Shown: in pieces, positions 49,029 to 61,714 of the stretch
Layout: each line of letters starts with the position of its first letter
Position numbering within the stretch: position 1 is the first letter of the stretch
Assembly: GCF_041956535.1 (NCBI RefSeq)
Contig: NW_027192193.1
Span: forward strand, 1,293,192-1,357,191
From: Calcarisporiella thermophila CBS 279.70
Lineage: Eukaryota > Fungi > Calcarisporiellomycota
DNA: 64,000 nt
Direction: 5' to 3'
Position numbers and translations under genes: made by a program
Notes under the pieces: generated by a model
What the model was told of the DNA's origin: nothing
Database searches by the model: none
What the model saw: only the letters and a program-made list of their open reading frames with translations

Positions 49029-49133
49029 CTATTGCTGGACTACTGGTGCTGTTCGAAGGTGGATAATCCGGAGGTGGTAACGCAACTGCTCTGCATCTGA
49101 GAACTGCTGGGTGCAAAGATCACACTTATACAT
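49029..49133 (-). CDS. Candidate 34-aa single C2H2 zinc-finger microprotein MYKCDLCTQQFSDAEQLRYHLRIIHLRTAPVVQQ
   Basis: Perfect Y-x-C-x2-C-x3-F-x5-L-x2-H-x4-H consensus starting at Met; CATC-ATG context; TATATAAGC about 170 nt upstream (49298-49306) followed by a pyrimidine-rich leader. Confidence 0.7.
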   Translation of the reverse strand: MYKCDLCTQQFSDAEQLRYHLRIIHLRTAPVVQQ

Positions 49134-50688
49134 GATGTATTCGTTGGTATTCTTGGTGTTAATGTTGAGTGTAAGAGGAGTGAAGGCAACGAAGGATGTG
49201 AGAAGATAGTAGAGTGATCAAAAATTGGTTGGGAGGCAAATGGGAGGGGAAGGAAAAAAAGGTTAGGAAACAAAATCAGAAGTGGAATGGGAGACGGGCT
49301 TATATATCGGAGAAAGTTAGTTTCTTGTATACGGCTGTATATTGAGAAGGGCTGAATGGATTCTGGTACCGAAAATAATTGCGTGTTACCGAGGGAATAA
49401 TAATTTAACACCATCTCCTAGCAATCCGAACTCCATTGAATGATGTCACGCAAGTTTTTGCAATGCAAATTTTTAGAAATGCCTCTAGATTCTATTCAGC
49501 GAGCCTCTATGCAAAAACCGGTTAAAATAAGGCCAACAGAAGCAAAGAAACTCTCTCTCCCCCCCTCTCACTTTCACTATTGAACGAGGGAGAAGGGAGC
49601 AGAGAGGACGGCGACATTCTCAAGCATGGCCAGAATTTTCCTTAGCCGAGCTAAAACTTAAAATAATGGGATTTTTGTTTTCAAAATAACTCCCGAAACT
49701 TGTACGCTATCTTAAATCAGTCAGGTGGCTATTTCATCATCCAGCTGTCATTGAAAGTTGAAAACGTGGCCGTTCGCTGTTATACCTTAGGTCACACTCA
49801 ATAATAAAAAAGAGCGCGCAAGGAAGCCTCGTGGTTGTCGGTGTCAAAATATCATATTTACAACAAAAAGCCTCAAATTGGTATCGAAACTCTTGGACAC
49901 CATAGCTCGCACGAGGGCGATAGAATTCCGAAACAAAGACGGGGAAAAGGGAAGCAAAGGAAGGGGGATAAAATAAACCCGATACGCCTGAATCTAAAAT
50001 CCAACAGAGCAATGCTGGGCCATTGAGCAACATATGGGGCCGGAGGTTGTGCGAGTGGTTCAGTAGCATATTAGTGGTTTATTAGTATTCCATTAGTCCT
50101 CCGAAAACTGGGTAAACTTAGGTGGGTCTTCGAATGCGATTTGCCCTGCTAATTCTTGGTATAAACAGAAGTCTTGCAGAGTCCAAGCCACATATAGAAT
50201 GGCTTGGCGTGTGCTTTTGACTGGAGCATCACCAATGGAGGGATAGGAGGAGCTGATTTCTGGGCTGGAAAAAGCAAGCCTTACATTGCAGATAGACTTT
50301 AGATCCAGTCTCCTTTGATCATTGCCTGGTGTGTAGTAGTCACGCGCGAGGAGCTTGGACAACATTTTGTTGTCTGTTAGCTAATCATAATCAAAATGTT
50401 AATCAGAGGGTCGCCAATCTGCATCGCTCTTTAACCTTTTTTATATTGGCAATCTATACCAGTCTGGCTACACATTCCAAGCCATTTGTCAAATTGACTC
50501 ATATTTGACTAGATCAACTTCGAAGGAGCCAGTTGGAAGGCATCTGGTCACCATTTCATCAAAATAGGCAAATATCCACCTGAGTAGAGTTTAGGAAACC
50601 TTGGGGTATATAAAACCCACTCGAGGAAAAATAAAACATAAAAAATCCAGTTCATTGCCACGATTTACTTGAATAATAAAATTAGATA

Positions 50689-51193
50689 ATGTCGCAAGCA
50701 TCTCTCCCGAAAGAAGAGCGCAGAACACTCGCAGGAGGATGTCTGTGCCGAAAGGTCCGCTACACCATTACGCTTCCGGCAGGCTTCAATGACGTTGAGA
50801 ACAGCTGCTATTGTCACTGTAAGAGCTGTCGAAAGAGCTGCGGAGGCATGCTAATGGGTAAAGCAAAAAGAGGGCACTTTGGGTTAAAGTGCTTTTCAAT
50901 ACTTTATTTTTCTTCCCCGTTTGCTAGGTTATTTTTATGGATTTGCCGAGAAAGACATAGAGTATGAAAACACTCAGCCAACTGCATTCGAGTCTTCCAA
51001 AGGCATTTTCCGTGCATTCTGTCCATGCTGTGGTTCTCAAATCTATGTTAAATTCAACATGAATGGCACTGATGCCTACGGCTTCACGGTTGGAAGCCTG
51101 GATGATCCGGATAGCGTTCGCGTTGAACGTCAAGCCATGACCGAATTTGGAGTGAAGCAACTGAAAAAATTAATGGGACTAGAAACCGCTTGA
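50689..51193 (+). CDS. GFA/Mss4-like (CENP-V family) zinc protein, copy 1; 2 exons
   Basis: GGCLC, CHCKSCRK, ESSKG..RAFCPCCGSQI, GSLDDP; TATA near 50608. Confidence 0.92.
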
Positions 51194-51854
51194 AAATTAA
51201 GCTGATTAGATTGATATGGGCGTTGGTTGGAGTTATTCTGTTAATAATGCATTAAGTGGGACAAGAGACAGAGATATACCTAATGAGTTTTTACAAATTT
51301 TTGATCGGATAAAAAAAACTAATTTTCTACTTTACAAAGACGCTGTTTTAAGAAAGAGGTTACAATGACGCGTAGCTGATATATTTGGACTATTATTATT
51401 AGAGTAGCTCGCTGTAGAAATGCGAATGGAAGTGACCAAGAAGGCTTTGAAAAGGCTGGGGTCTAAATCATTTACATTTAGAGCAAGTCAAATGAGCTCG
51501 AAATAAGGAATGAGGCAATGAGTCTAACCATAACCTTAAGAATAAAAGAAAAATGAATTAGTCTTCCTTGACACAAACGCCAAAAGACACGTCTATTTCC
51601 AGGGATTATGCATTAAGTATTTTTCGGGTTTTATATGCTATCCAATTAATACAGTGCTGTGTTTAGTAATTATGAAAATGCGAGTTGACGTGGCGCCTGA
51701 AAATAGTCAAATTGAAGGGTCAAAATTCATGATTAGTCATACGAGGTTATATACCGAAAAAAAAAGAACAAATTGTACGTGGGAAAATGGCCAATTCAAC
51801 CTATATATAGAGGCGCCAAATGCTGAAGAGCGAAGCAGAGTACACGTTCAAAGC

Positions 51855-52355
51855 ATGTCTCAAGCTTCTGGTATCTTTGATCAACCCAAAACACTTGAGG
51901 GCGGTTGTCTCTGTGGTGAGATCCGGTATACTTTCACACTTCCTGCTGGCTATGATTTGAAGGAGAAGTGCGAGTACTGCCATTGCATAATGTGCCGGAA
52001 AAGCTGCGGGGGCATGATAAGCGGTTAGTCCTTAAGCTCTGAATTCAGGAGAAGCCCTCTTCATCTCTTGGTCTATTTTTTCACAGCATTCCTCAGCGGG
52101 GTTCCTGCCGACAGTGTGGTCTTCCACAAATCGCGCCCGTCCGTCTACGAGTCTTCGAAAGGTTGCCACCGGGGATTCTGCCAAAAGTGTGGAGCACAAA
52201 TCTACTTCCAGCAATACATTGACTCCCCCCAAACCTATGGCTTCACTGTTGGCAGTCTAGATGATCCAGATAGCGTGACCGTGTATCGTCATTCGTTTAC
52301 AGAGTTTGGGGTAAAGGGGCTAAAAGAACTGATGCACGTTAAAGAAGATATTTGA
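51855..52355 (+). CDS. GFA/Mss4-like (CENP-V family) zinc protein, copy 2; 2 exons
   Basis: GGCLCGEIRY, CHCIMCRK, YESSKGCHRGFCQKCGAQI, GSLDDP; TATA near 51802. Confidence 0.92.
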
Positions 52356-53313
52356 AAACACAGAGTTGTATTTTTGAGGAAGAGTCGCGATACTATTATG
52401 TACATCAAGTCAATGTATAGGATTTTCTTAGGCCATGATAATAGGATCAACGCGAACAGATTTTTGAAATATCGTCCCAAGGAATTGATGATGGGTTATT
52501 ATCTAAATGCATCGTTTCGCGAAAGGGATATTATAGTTGAAAATAAACTGATGGAGCTCGACTTTGCTTTCAAATTCGAAATGAATTTTGGGTTAATCAA
52601 AAGTGAGATGGAGGCAATAAAAGGTGACTAGTAATTGAATTTTGTCGCGAGGTAAAACCTCGCGTATAAAGAGAGTCGCCTGATTAGGTGGGGAATCGAT
52701 CTTGATTGATCCGAGACGATTCGAAACAATCCCAGGATATCTCCATTGGTCCTGGACCATAATGATTATTTGTAAGAGTATATCTTACTTGGTTAAGTTT
52801 CTGCGCAAGGATGCCGGTAACGAGAAGTTATGATGGCGAAGCTTGACGATTTTCTATTACATGAGAGGAGAGGGAGGGGGGTTATCGAGCCCTATCTCTC
52901 TTTAACGAAGGAGTCTTCAAGAGAGACGTCAGCGGAAGGTTAATTTTACAGATTGAACTTGTCACTAAACCCAGGTTTTCGGCCATTGAGATATTACCAG
53001 CGCTAAGTGGTTGCCTAATCTGACCCTTCCGAGTTGGCCGACGGTGATTTCATTGGAGAGCAAAAGCGGATTCTGAGCACGGGTGCCCGTCACTATCGGG
53101 GAATAGAATTTTATTTGACCCGGTAGAAATTACTGAGCTTGACCAACCAAGACCTTTTGTTTGTTCGAGCTCTTTGATAAAGTGTCTCTTCAAGGGGTAT
53201 TAGCACGGCAGCACTTTCCGCTCTCACCGCTCTTTTCCTTTTTACCTCCTTCCCTCTCCTCCTACCTCGCTTCTCTCACCTCCCCTTGTCTCCTCGATTC
53301 CCAAAAATCCACT

Positions 53314-55200
53314 ATGCGGTTGTCGATTGTTGGCCTTGTTCTCCTGGCCGTCAGCTGCTGCACCATGACGAATGCTGCAGCAACGCCCGGCAAGCGATGC
53401 AAACCGTTTAGCTTATCTGAAGCAACCATCCCAAGTCTCCAAAAGGCTCTCGACAAAGGCGTTATCACCTCACGCCAGATCCTTGATTATTATAATGAGC
53501 GTATCAAGCGGTTTGACGGCACCTACCACGCCATTTCCGAAATCAATCCAGACGCATATACCATTGCTGACCAGTTGGATGCCGAGCGCAAGCAGAAAAA
53601 GATACGGGGGCCTTTGCATGGGATTCCGATTCTGATCAAAGATGTAAGTTAACGTAGGAGTTGGCAGTAGTAGAAGTGGCATTAAACATCGTTTCCTTCT
53701 CCAGAACATCGCTACGGGTGATTCGATGGAGACGACGGCCGGCTCGCTGGCACTTTTCAAGAATGGCTGCAAGGTTTGTCTTCTTTCTTGAGTGCACCGA
53801 ACCAAACTATTCCATTAAACCTGTATCTCTTGATAGCCGACGCGGGATTCTACCATTGCCGAAAAGCTTCGCAGTGCCGGTGCTATTATCATGGGAAAGG
53901 CGTGTTTGAGCGAGTGGGCTAACTTCAGGACACTCAATGGCTCCAATGCTCCTTATGGTGATCCCGATGGTTGGAGTGGACGGTGTGGACAAACGGCGAA
54001 CGCCTACAACATTAGCGAGTCTCCAAGCGGATCCAGTGCTGGCTCAGCCGTTGCTGTTGGGGCCGATTTTGTCACTGCATCTCTCGGAAGTGACACGGAC
54101 TCCTCCATTATTGCTCCTGCCTCTCGGAATGCCCTTGTCGGGGTTAGGGTAAGTTGGGTTGTTTTGGGCTCAACGATAAGTGGGTCAATATTAAGTCAAG
54201 GCCAAATTTTTGTGCGCATGTATAGCCTACATTGGGTCTGGTCTCGCGTGATATGGTTATTCCGATCGCTCATTCATTCGATACTGTTGGCCCTATGGCT
54301 CGCACAGTTGAGGATGCTGCGATTCTTCTGGAGGCCATTGCTGGCTTTGATAAGAGAGATGGGCCAACCAATGCTCCATCAACTGAGAACTATACTGTAC
54401 CAAAATATACGTCATTCCTCAAGAAGGATGGATTGCGTGGAGCACGCATCGGAGTTCCTCGACATGTATATTTCGATAATTTTCATCGTCCGGAAGAAAA
54501 ACCAGTGATTGAGGCAGCCATTGCTAAGCTAAAAGAACTTGGAGCGATCATCGTTGATCCTGCAGACATTCCTACCGCAGACGAGATGGCAGACACCAAA
54601 CCTCACGGCAATGGCTTCGAGCTTACGTCGCTGCTCTTTGAATTTAAGCAGGATGTCACAAAATACTTGGGGCAGCTTCCGCAGGAATGTCCCATGAAGA
54701 ATCTCGAGGATTTGATAAAGTTCAATAATGAGAATGCAGAAAAGGAGATGCCATTCTTTAAGCAGGAGATGTTCGAGCTTGCACAGAATACAACCGATTT
54801 AAATGACCCCGCCTATCAAGATTCCATTAAGAATGTGAGAGAACTTTCAACGAAGAAGGGTATCGATGCTGTCATGGATGAGCATAAATTAGATGCATTG
54901 ATCGAGCCAGTGGATTTGAAATTGTTACCCCCTCAACCTTGGGCAATGGCTGGGTAAGTGGGATAGACACATTTACATATGTCCACCTTCATATTGGGGG
55001 ATTCCGTACTAAACTGGCTACCGCTTTTCATTAGATATCCTATTATCACAGTTCCGGTGGGATATGACTCTGTCGGCGTACCGTTTGGCCTTGGATTCTA
55101 TGGTAGGCCCCTCTCGGAACCGACTCTCTTCAAGTTCGCCTATGCCTATGAGCAGGCAACCAAGGTTCGGAAGCCACCCGTGCTGAAGCCAAGCGCATAA
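53314..55200 (+). CDS. Secreted amidase-signature family enzyme (peptide-amidase-like), multi-exon
   Basis: Signal peptide; RGPLHGIPILIKDNI, TTAGS, GKACLSEWANFR, PSGSSAGSAVAV, GSDTDSSIIAPAS, DTVGPMARTV, AGYPIITVP. Confidence 0.93.
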
Positions 55201-55752
55201 GCTCAGCAGTGCTAATTTTATCCTTCCAAGTCAACTTTAGTTGTATAGACCTTTTAGTGTTTATATTTTCATCTATTTATTAACTCTTCTTGCAAGGTTG
55301 AATTATCGACCTCGTTCTATTTATTAACTCCACAAGATGCATTTCATTCTCCTCTTATTCAATAATAAACTAGTTTGCCATTTTTATTTTCTGGTTTCAG
55401 AAATATTTCACCTGGCTCCGTCAGCAATTACACATCAACCAACAGGGAGAAGGTTCTCATTTCCTCGTCGGTGTTGTCTTTTTTTTTTTCCAAATCCTTT
55501 AAAAAAAAATTCAGTTCCTCGTTTCGTTCTCCCATCTGTTATATATCATTTATAGTCATCTCTAGAATATTATATATCCTTTATACATACTCAAAATATT
55601 AATAGGCTTAATGTGTTACATTCCGCACATGCCTATTCTTCCATGCTATAATCCTCCCCATTCATCATAAAAACTCCTTCAGGTACATAGAAATTCGATC
55701 ACATCTGTACATTCTCTTCGAAGCTTACTTCTTTCTTCATGCAATAGAAATC

Positions 55753-58700
55753 ATGACAAACACGTCAGCAACTAACAAAGATGCTGCACAGACGTCCGTC
55801 CAAGTTGGTGAGTAGTAGAAAAATATGCATTTTTAAAGCATCCTTAATTATAACATCGATCAAACATCATTTCCTTCATCCTGTATAGCTCTTCGCATCC
55901 GTCCTCTTACAGAATTAGACCGCAATCAACCACGTTTTTCAAAGCAGAAGGCCACGGAAATTCTTGCCGTCACCGAAGCACATAATTCAGTCACCATAGT
56001 ACCTTACAACAAACAATTTACATTTGACCATGTGTTTGGAACTGACTCGACACAGGAGAGCATCTTCGACACTTGCGTACGGAATTTGCTCCAAAAATTT
56101 ATCCAAGGTGAGAAGGCTTTTTTGTTGGTATTTAGTTGGTCGAGTATCCTTATCCACTTTTTATTCTCCCCAAGGCTATAATGTCACCATATTGGCGTAT
56201 GGCCAAACTTCCTCGGGAAAGACATATACAATGGGCACGGCTTCCGGAGCAATGAATGAGGCCCCTGAAACAATAGGCATTATTCCACGTGCTATTTCTA
56301 CTCTCTTTGAAAGCCTTAATGCCCCTTCTCAGCCGGCTGCCCAAGGACGGCCTTCTACTCCCGGGCCGCAGGGAGGAAGTGCCATTCCCACCCCCACTCG
56401 AAATGGACGCGCAACTCCCACTCGTATGCAGCGCCCCATGTCTATGCCAGTCTTTCAGAATTTACCATCTGGCGGTACCAGCAACAATAACAATAGCAAT
56501 AACCCCGGCAATTCTAATACCAAAACAACGATTCGTGTATCATTTGTCGAGATTTACAACGAGGAGCTCATTGATCTTCTGAATACCGATGGCAGCGAGC
56601 GCTCCAATGTGCAGATAAGAGAGGACAATAAAGGGAACATCTATTGGACGGGCGTGCGTGAAGTGATTGTGAATAGCCCGCGAGAAGTAATGCAATACCT
56701 GGCTATAGGATCACAGAATCGCCAAGTGGGCGCGACTGATATGAACGAAAAATCATCTCGCTCTCATGCAATATTTTCCGTAACACTTCGGCAGGAGAAA
56801 TGGTCAGGAAGCGGCGGAGGAGCAAGCATAGCAACAATGGCTGCAAATCGTGCACGGCCGTCGAGCCCCACACCTGGTCGATTGGGTACACCACGACGCG
56901 ACTCTTTAATGGCTGAACGCGCCTCGTCGCGGCTGAGTAATGTAGATGATGGGGAAATAACTGTCATCAACTCCAAGTTCCATTTTGTGGACCTGGCTGG
57001 TTCTGAGAGGGTAAGCATCTAGATATTCTATGCATTCCCTTTTTTTTAAAAAAAATATATGGCTCGATACTTAACTCTCTCTTACATCTTCTATTTTCTA
57101 AAGCTCAAGCGGACAAGTGCGGTTGGTGAAAGAATCAAAGAAGGGATAAGCATCAACGCTGGTCTCCTAGCACTAGGCAATGTGATTTCGGCGCTGGGTG
57201 ATGCATCGCGCAAGGTGACGCACATACCTTACCGAGATTCGAAGCTCACACGTTTATTGCAAGATTCACTCGGTGGAAATGCACAAACGTTAATGATTGC
57301 TTGCGTGTCGCCTGCTGAGTATAATTTGTCGGAGACCGTGAACACAATCAAATATGCTAATCGTGCGCGCAACATCAAGAATACTGCCACGCTTAATCAT
57401 GAAACTCTGCTATCCGACAATGTAGATCACTTGAAGGCCCTGATCGCTAAGCTGAAATCCGAGCTTCAAACTCTCAAAACTAGCGGTGACCAGTCGACCC
57501 CCCATCCTGGTGGCTCAGCACCTGGAGATGAGAACAGGGAGAAAAGTCGAGATGATCAAATGGTGGAGCAGTTGGAGAGCCAGATGGAGGAGCTTCAGTT
57601 AAGTTTTGCAGAGCTATCGGAGCGGCATGTCCAAGTGGAGGCCGAGCTGAATCGATACAAACGTATGCAAAGCAATACTGCGGGAGCACAAGGCAATAGC
57701 GCCTCTTTCCAAGAAATGGTGGAGCCAGTTGTGCAACAGTACGAGAAGGAAATTACATCGCTCGAATCTGAGCTCGCGCTAACTCGTGCAGCCCTTCGGC
57801 ACTCTGAAGCAACCCTGGAGGAATACGAGGCTAAGCTGCGTCACCATGAGGTGATGAACGAGCATCAACGTCACACGATTGCCGATTTGCGCAATAAGTT
57901 GGCAAAACAGCGTGAACGTGACAAGACTTCTGACCAGTACATCGGCCAGCTTGAGACGCAGCTCTCTGAAATAACTCAGGAGCATGAGCGGCAAAAAATA
58001 GAACTTCTCGAAATGAGGGAAAAGTTGGCCCATTCTCGCGAGGTTGGGACCAACAATGAAGACTATATAGGGGATCTGGAGACTCGGCTTACAAAAGCAC
58101 AGCAGGATGCCCAACATGCCGCGGAACTCTACCGACAGTTTGAAAACAAGATCGAGGAACGTGAGGCCATGATAGAGGATTTGAAGGAACGCATCAAGCG
58201 TGCCGAGAATCTTGACCTCCAGAAAATGATGCTGGCTGAACTGGATGAGCGCGACAAGAGTATCCAAGTTTTGGAGCGTGAGCTTAAAGAGGCACGAAGT
58301 CAACCCCCCGCTACTAATGGCATAAATGGAAACGTTTCCTCTCCAGCTGGGAATAAAGAGGAAAATAGCGGGAATTCGACCGAAGCCGAGGCTCTAAAAC
58401 AACGCATAGCAGCTCTTGAACAGCAGCTGACAGCTGTCCAGAAGACGCACCAAGACACGCTCAAGAATACAACTGAGCTCACGAAGAAGTACGAGGATTC
58501 TCTTGCAAAATCTGCCCAGCTGGAGGCTGCTCTTCTTGATGCACAGCGTGTCGCTGCCAGTAGCGAAGAAAAGGAAGTGCTCAACGGGGCAAGGCGTGAT
58601 CTCGATGCCGCACTCGCAGATAAAGAGGGCCTGGCGGCGCAAATGCACCGACTTCGTCAGGAAAATGAGGAACTAGATGCGCAGATTGGGGAGCTACATA

Positions 58701-61374
58701 CACGGATCCAGGAAAAGGCGGCGGAGCATGCATCTGAAACCGCAGTGTACCAGGCGACCATCTCGAGACTTGAAACCGAGCTTGTCTTGGTGGAAGAACA
58801 GCATGCGCAGGCGGTCCGCCAGCTTGATATTAAGGGTCAGGCGGAGGGAGAAGACGCCGAGGAGGCGAGAGAACAGGCTTGGCAGACTCAACTCCGACTC
58901 GAGAAACGAATTCGTGAACTCGAGGGTGAGTTGGTAATGGCTCGGGAGCTTCATTCAAAATCACAGGCTGGCCGGGAGGAGGCTGTCCTTGCCGCTTCGA
59001 TGGCGGTTGCTGACAGTCAAAATCGACTGCAGCAGCTGGAGGAGGAGAAGGCAGTTCAAGAAAAGCACCTTGTGGAGCTTCGCACACAGTATTCGGATCT
59101 TTTGGCTTCACTTGAAAAGAATGTTTCCACGCTTCCTGATACACATACATCCTCCCTCGAGTCCGTGCAAAATAGTCTGAAGCAGCTGTCTGAGTTACAT
59201 GAGAAGTGCACGCACGACTTAGAGACGCAGACAGCTCTTGTTGCGAAACTGAAACAGCGCTTGATGGAGGCGGAGATCGGCTCACAACGTGCGCTTTCTG
59301 CAAAACTAGAGGAAAACGAGAAGCTCCGCCTCGACCTCAACGCATTGCGCCAGGTTGAACAAAACCAAGAGGCTGTCATCCACGCACAGGACGAGGAGAT
59401 CCGCGAATTACGCGCGGAAGTGGAGCGCCGCGAGGAGCGAGTACGCATTATGGGTTCACAGTTTGATCAGGTGCGGGCGGACATTACTGAGATGGAGCGA
59501 GAGAAAAATAGCTGGTTTGAGGATAAGGAGACGCTTGAAAAACGCATTCACGAATACGACACGCGGATTGAAGCACTGGAGGCCGAGCTGGGCAAGGTTG
59601 AGATGCGCTCCAGGGAGAGCGAGTCGGAGCTCAATGAAGCCCGCTCTGTATTGGCTCGCTCTGCATCAGAACTTGCGGGTCTGCAAAAGGCGATCCAGCT
59701 CCTCGAACAAGAGAAGCAGGAGGCCGCTACTGAACGGGAGCGGCTCCGACAGCGGAATGATGAGCTCGCAGCCGAATTTGATCGGATGACATCGGAAAGT
59801 GATGCTCTTAATATTCTCCAGGATAACTTGCAAAAATCTCGGGCGGACCTACAGGCTTGCGAGGCTCAGTTGCAGGAGGCTAAGGGCCAAATCTCAGAAC
59901 ATGCAAAACGCAGTGCAGAGCTGGAGGCGATGAATCACCAGTTGACGGTGTCGGCAGAGAACAATCACAAGGTTCAGAAGAGCAAGGTGGCTGAGCTCGA
60001 ACAAAAGTTGAGCACGCTCGAGGAAGAGCACCAGCGTAACTTACAAGAAGTGGTTGAGGAGATGTCAAGGGTGGAGGCGGAGAGGGATGCGATCCAAGAA
60101 CGATTTTCGCTGCTTCAGAAAGCTGCAAGCGAAGAAGAAGAAAAAGGGGTGAAATTAGAAGCGGAGCTAAATCAGTTGCGCCTCTCCTTGACACAAAAAG
60201 AAGAGATGCATACGTTAATTGAGGTAAGTAAAAAATAGAAATGACCTCGCGATAAGAGTTTGGCTTTGATTCCTTATCATAATTTTACCTATGCTGAATC
60301 ATATCTCAATTAATTTTCTAGAACGAAAAGTCTTCACTTTCGGATAAGATAAGCGAGTTGCAAACCACTAACGCAAAGCTCCAGGAGCGTCTGGAGAAAT
60401 TGGAGCAAGAATATACTGAGCTTAAAACGCATGCTGCCAAGGATGCAAAGGAGATGCAGGCGGAGATGCTACAGCTTATGGAGGAAAACGAGCGTCTTGT
60501 GAAGACGATCGAGGACCAGGAGCGAGCATCGAGCTACATTAACACCCCACCGCAAACCCCTCGATCAAACGGGGCTGCCGTTCCACTTCCGCCCTCAGCG
60601 ACCTCAAATCTCAATCAAAAACTTGTGCATTTACAGAACACAGTGCAACAACAAACAAAGATGCTCCGGGCTTTGGAAGAGCGCAATGCACAGCTTGAAC
60701 GAGAGCGGCGCGCAATGGAAGAGTCCATCTCGGATGAAAGGCGTGCATCGAATAGTTCTTCTGCAGCAGGAGTTCGCTCTTCATCTCGCACCAGTAATGG
60801 CCCCTCGCTCCCACCTCCCACACCTCCCCCCAATAATCCGCTACCCCCTCCCCCTCCTACCGCTTTTGCCCCCCCATCTAGCCCCCCGCCCCAGCTTACT
60901 ACCGCCCCCATGACATCGCGACCAGCAGCGCTTCAGCGCGCCGGCTCTCTCAACTCTGTTGGATCGGCTGGATCTACCGATTCCATACAGTATGAGAAGA
61001 CCGTGGCACAGATGAATAAGCGCATCTCTGGCCTTGAAGCTGATCTCCGTGCCCACCAAGAGATAGTTCACAACGTCGAGTCGCAGCTCCAGCGTACACA
61101 AACACAGCTCCGTGAGTCTCGAAAGGACAACGAGGTGCTTGCGCGCGACAACCAGGCCCTTGCCGAAGAGGTGGAGGCGAGTAAGGGGGATCTGGAGCGG
61201 ATGAGAAAGGAGTTTCAGGATGCCATCACGTCCTACGAATCGAAATTGCGCACACTCGAGGATCAGGTATCGCAGGAGCGAAAACAGAGAGAAAAGGCGG
61301 AGCGAGCTCGCGGGATTCTCGAAAATCGAATCGAGGATCTTGTACAAAAGAAATCCAAGTTTATTTGCTTCTAA
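55753..61374 (+). CDS. Kinesin with long coiled-coil tail (kinesin-4/KIF21-like)
   Basis: [71 protein letters not shown]; over 1000 aa of coiled coil; ends KKSKFICF. Confidence 0.95.
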
Positions 61375-61714
61375 TCAAATACGCTCCTACTCTCACCCCC
61401 CCCCCCCACCTAAAAAATAAGCCTTTCGCTTTTCATTTCGATGGTTATTGTCTTTTGTTATTGTCCTTAATATTTGGTATTATTATTTTGATCTATATTT
61501 CATTCTATATATTATCTGGTACCAATTTTCTCTTCACTGTGTTCTTTTTCTTAGTGCGCGTTTTTCTATTTCCTACTCTCCCTTTCCCCTCCAACCTGTT
61601 ATTCAGTGAAGTAATTTTCGTGCATTTTTTTCTTTGAATTATAAATATCCCCCCATCAAATTCTCCTTCAATTTCTCAGGAAAATGAAACTATCTTTTTG
61701 TCTTATCTAATAAC

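Noticed and set aside
50093-50365. 90-aa minus-strand ORF with AAA-ATG start
   Set aside because: No motif, promoter signal or codon pattern distinguishing it from chance.
52646-52664. Perfect hairpin CGCGAGGT-AAA-ACCTCGCG (and a similar 8-bp stem near 50184-50208)
   Set aside because: Short isolated inverted repeats with no terminal-repeat/TSD structure or RNA-gene context.
55572-55582. ATATCCTT upstream of the kinesin gene as a possible AT-AC intron donor
   Set aside because: It lies in AT-rich non-coding DNA with no matching U12 branch point and AC acceptor that I could support.
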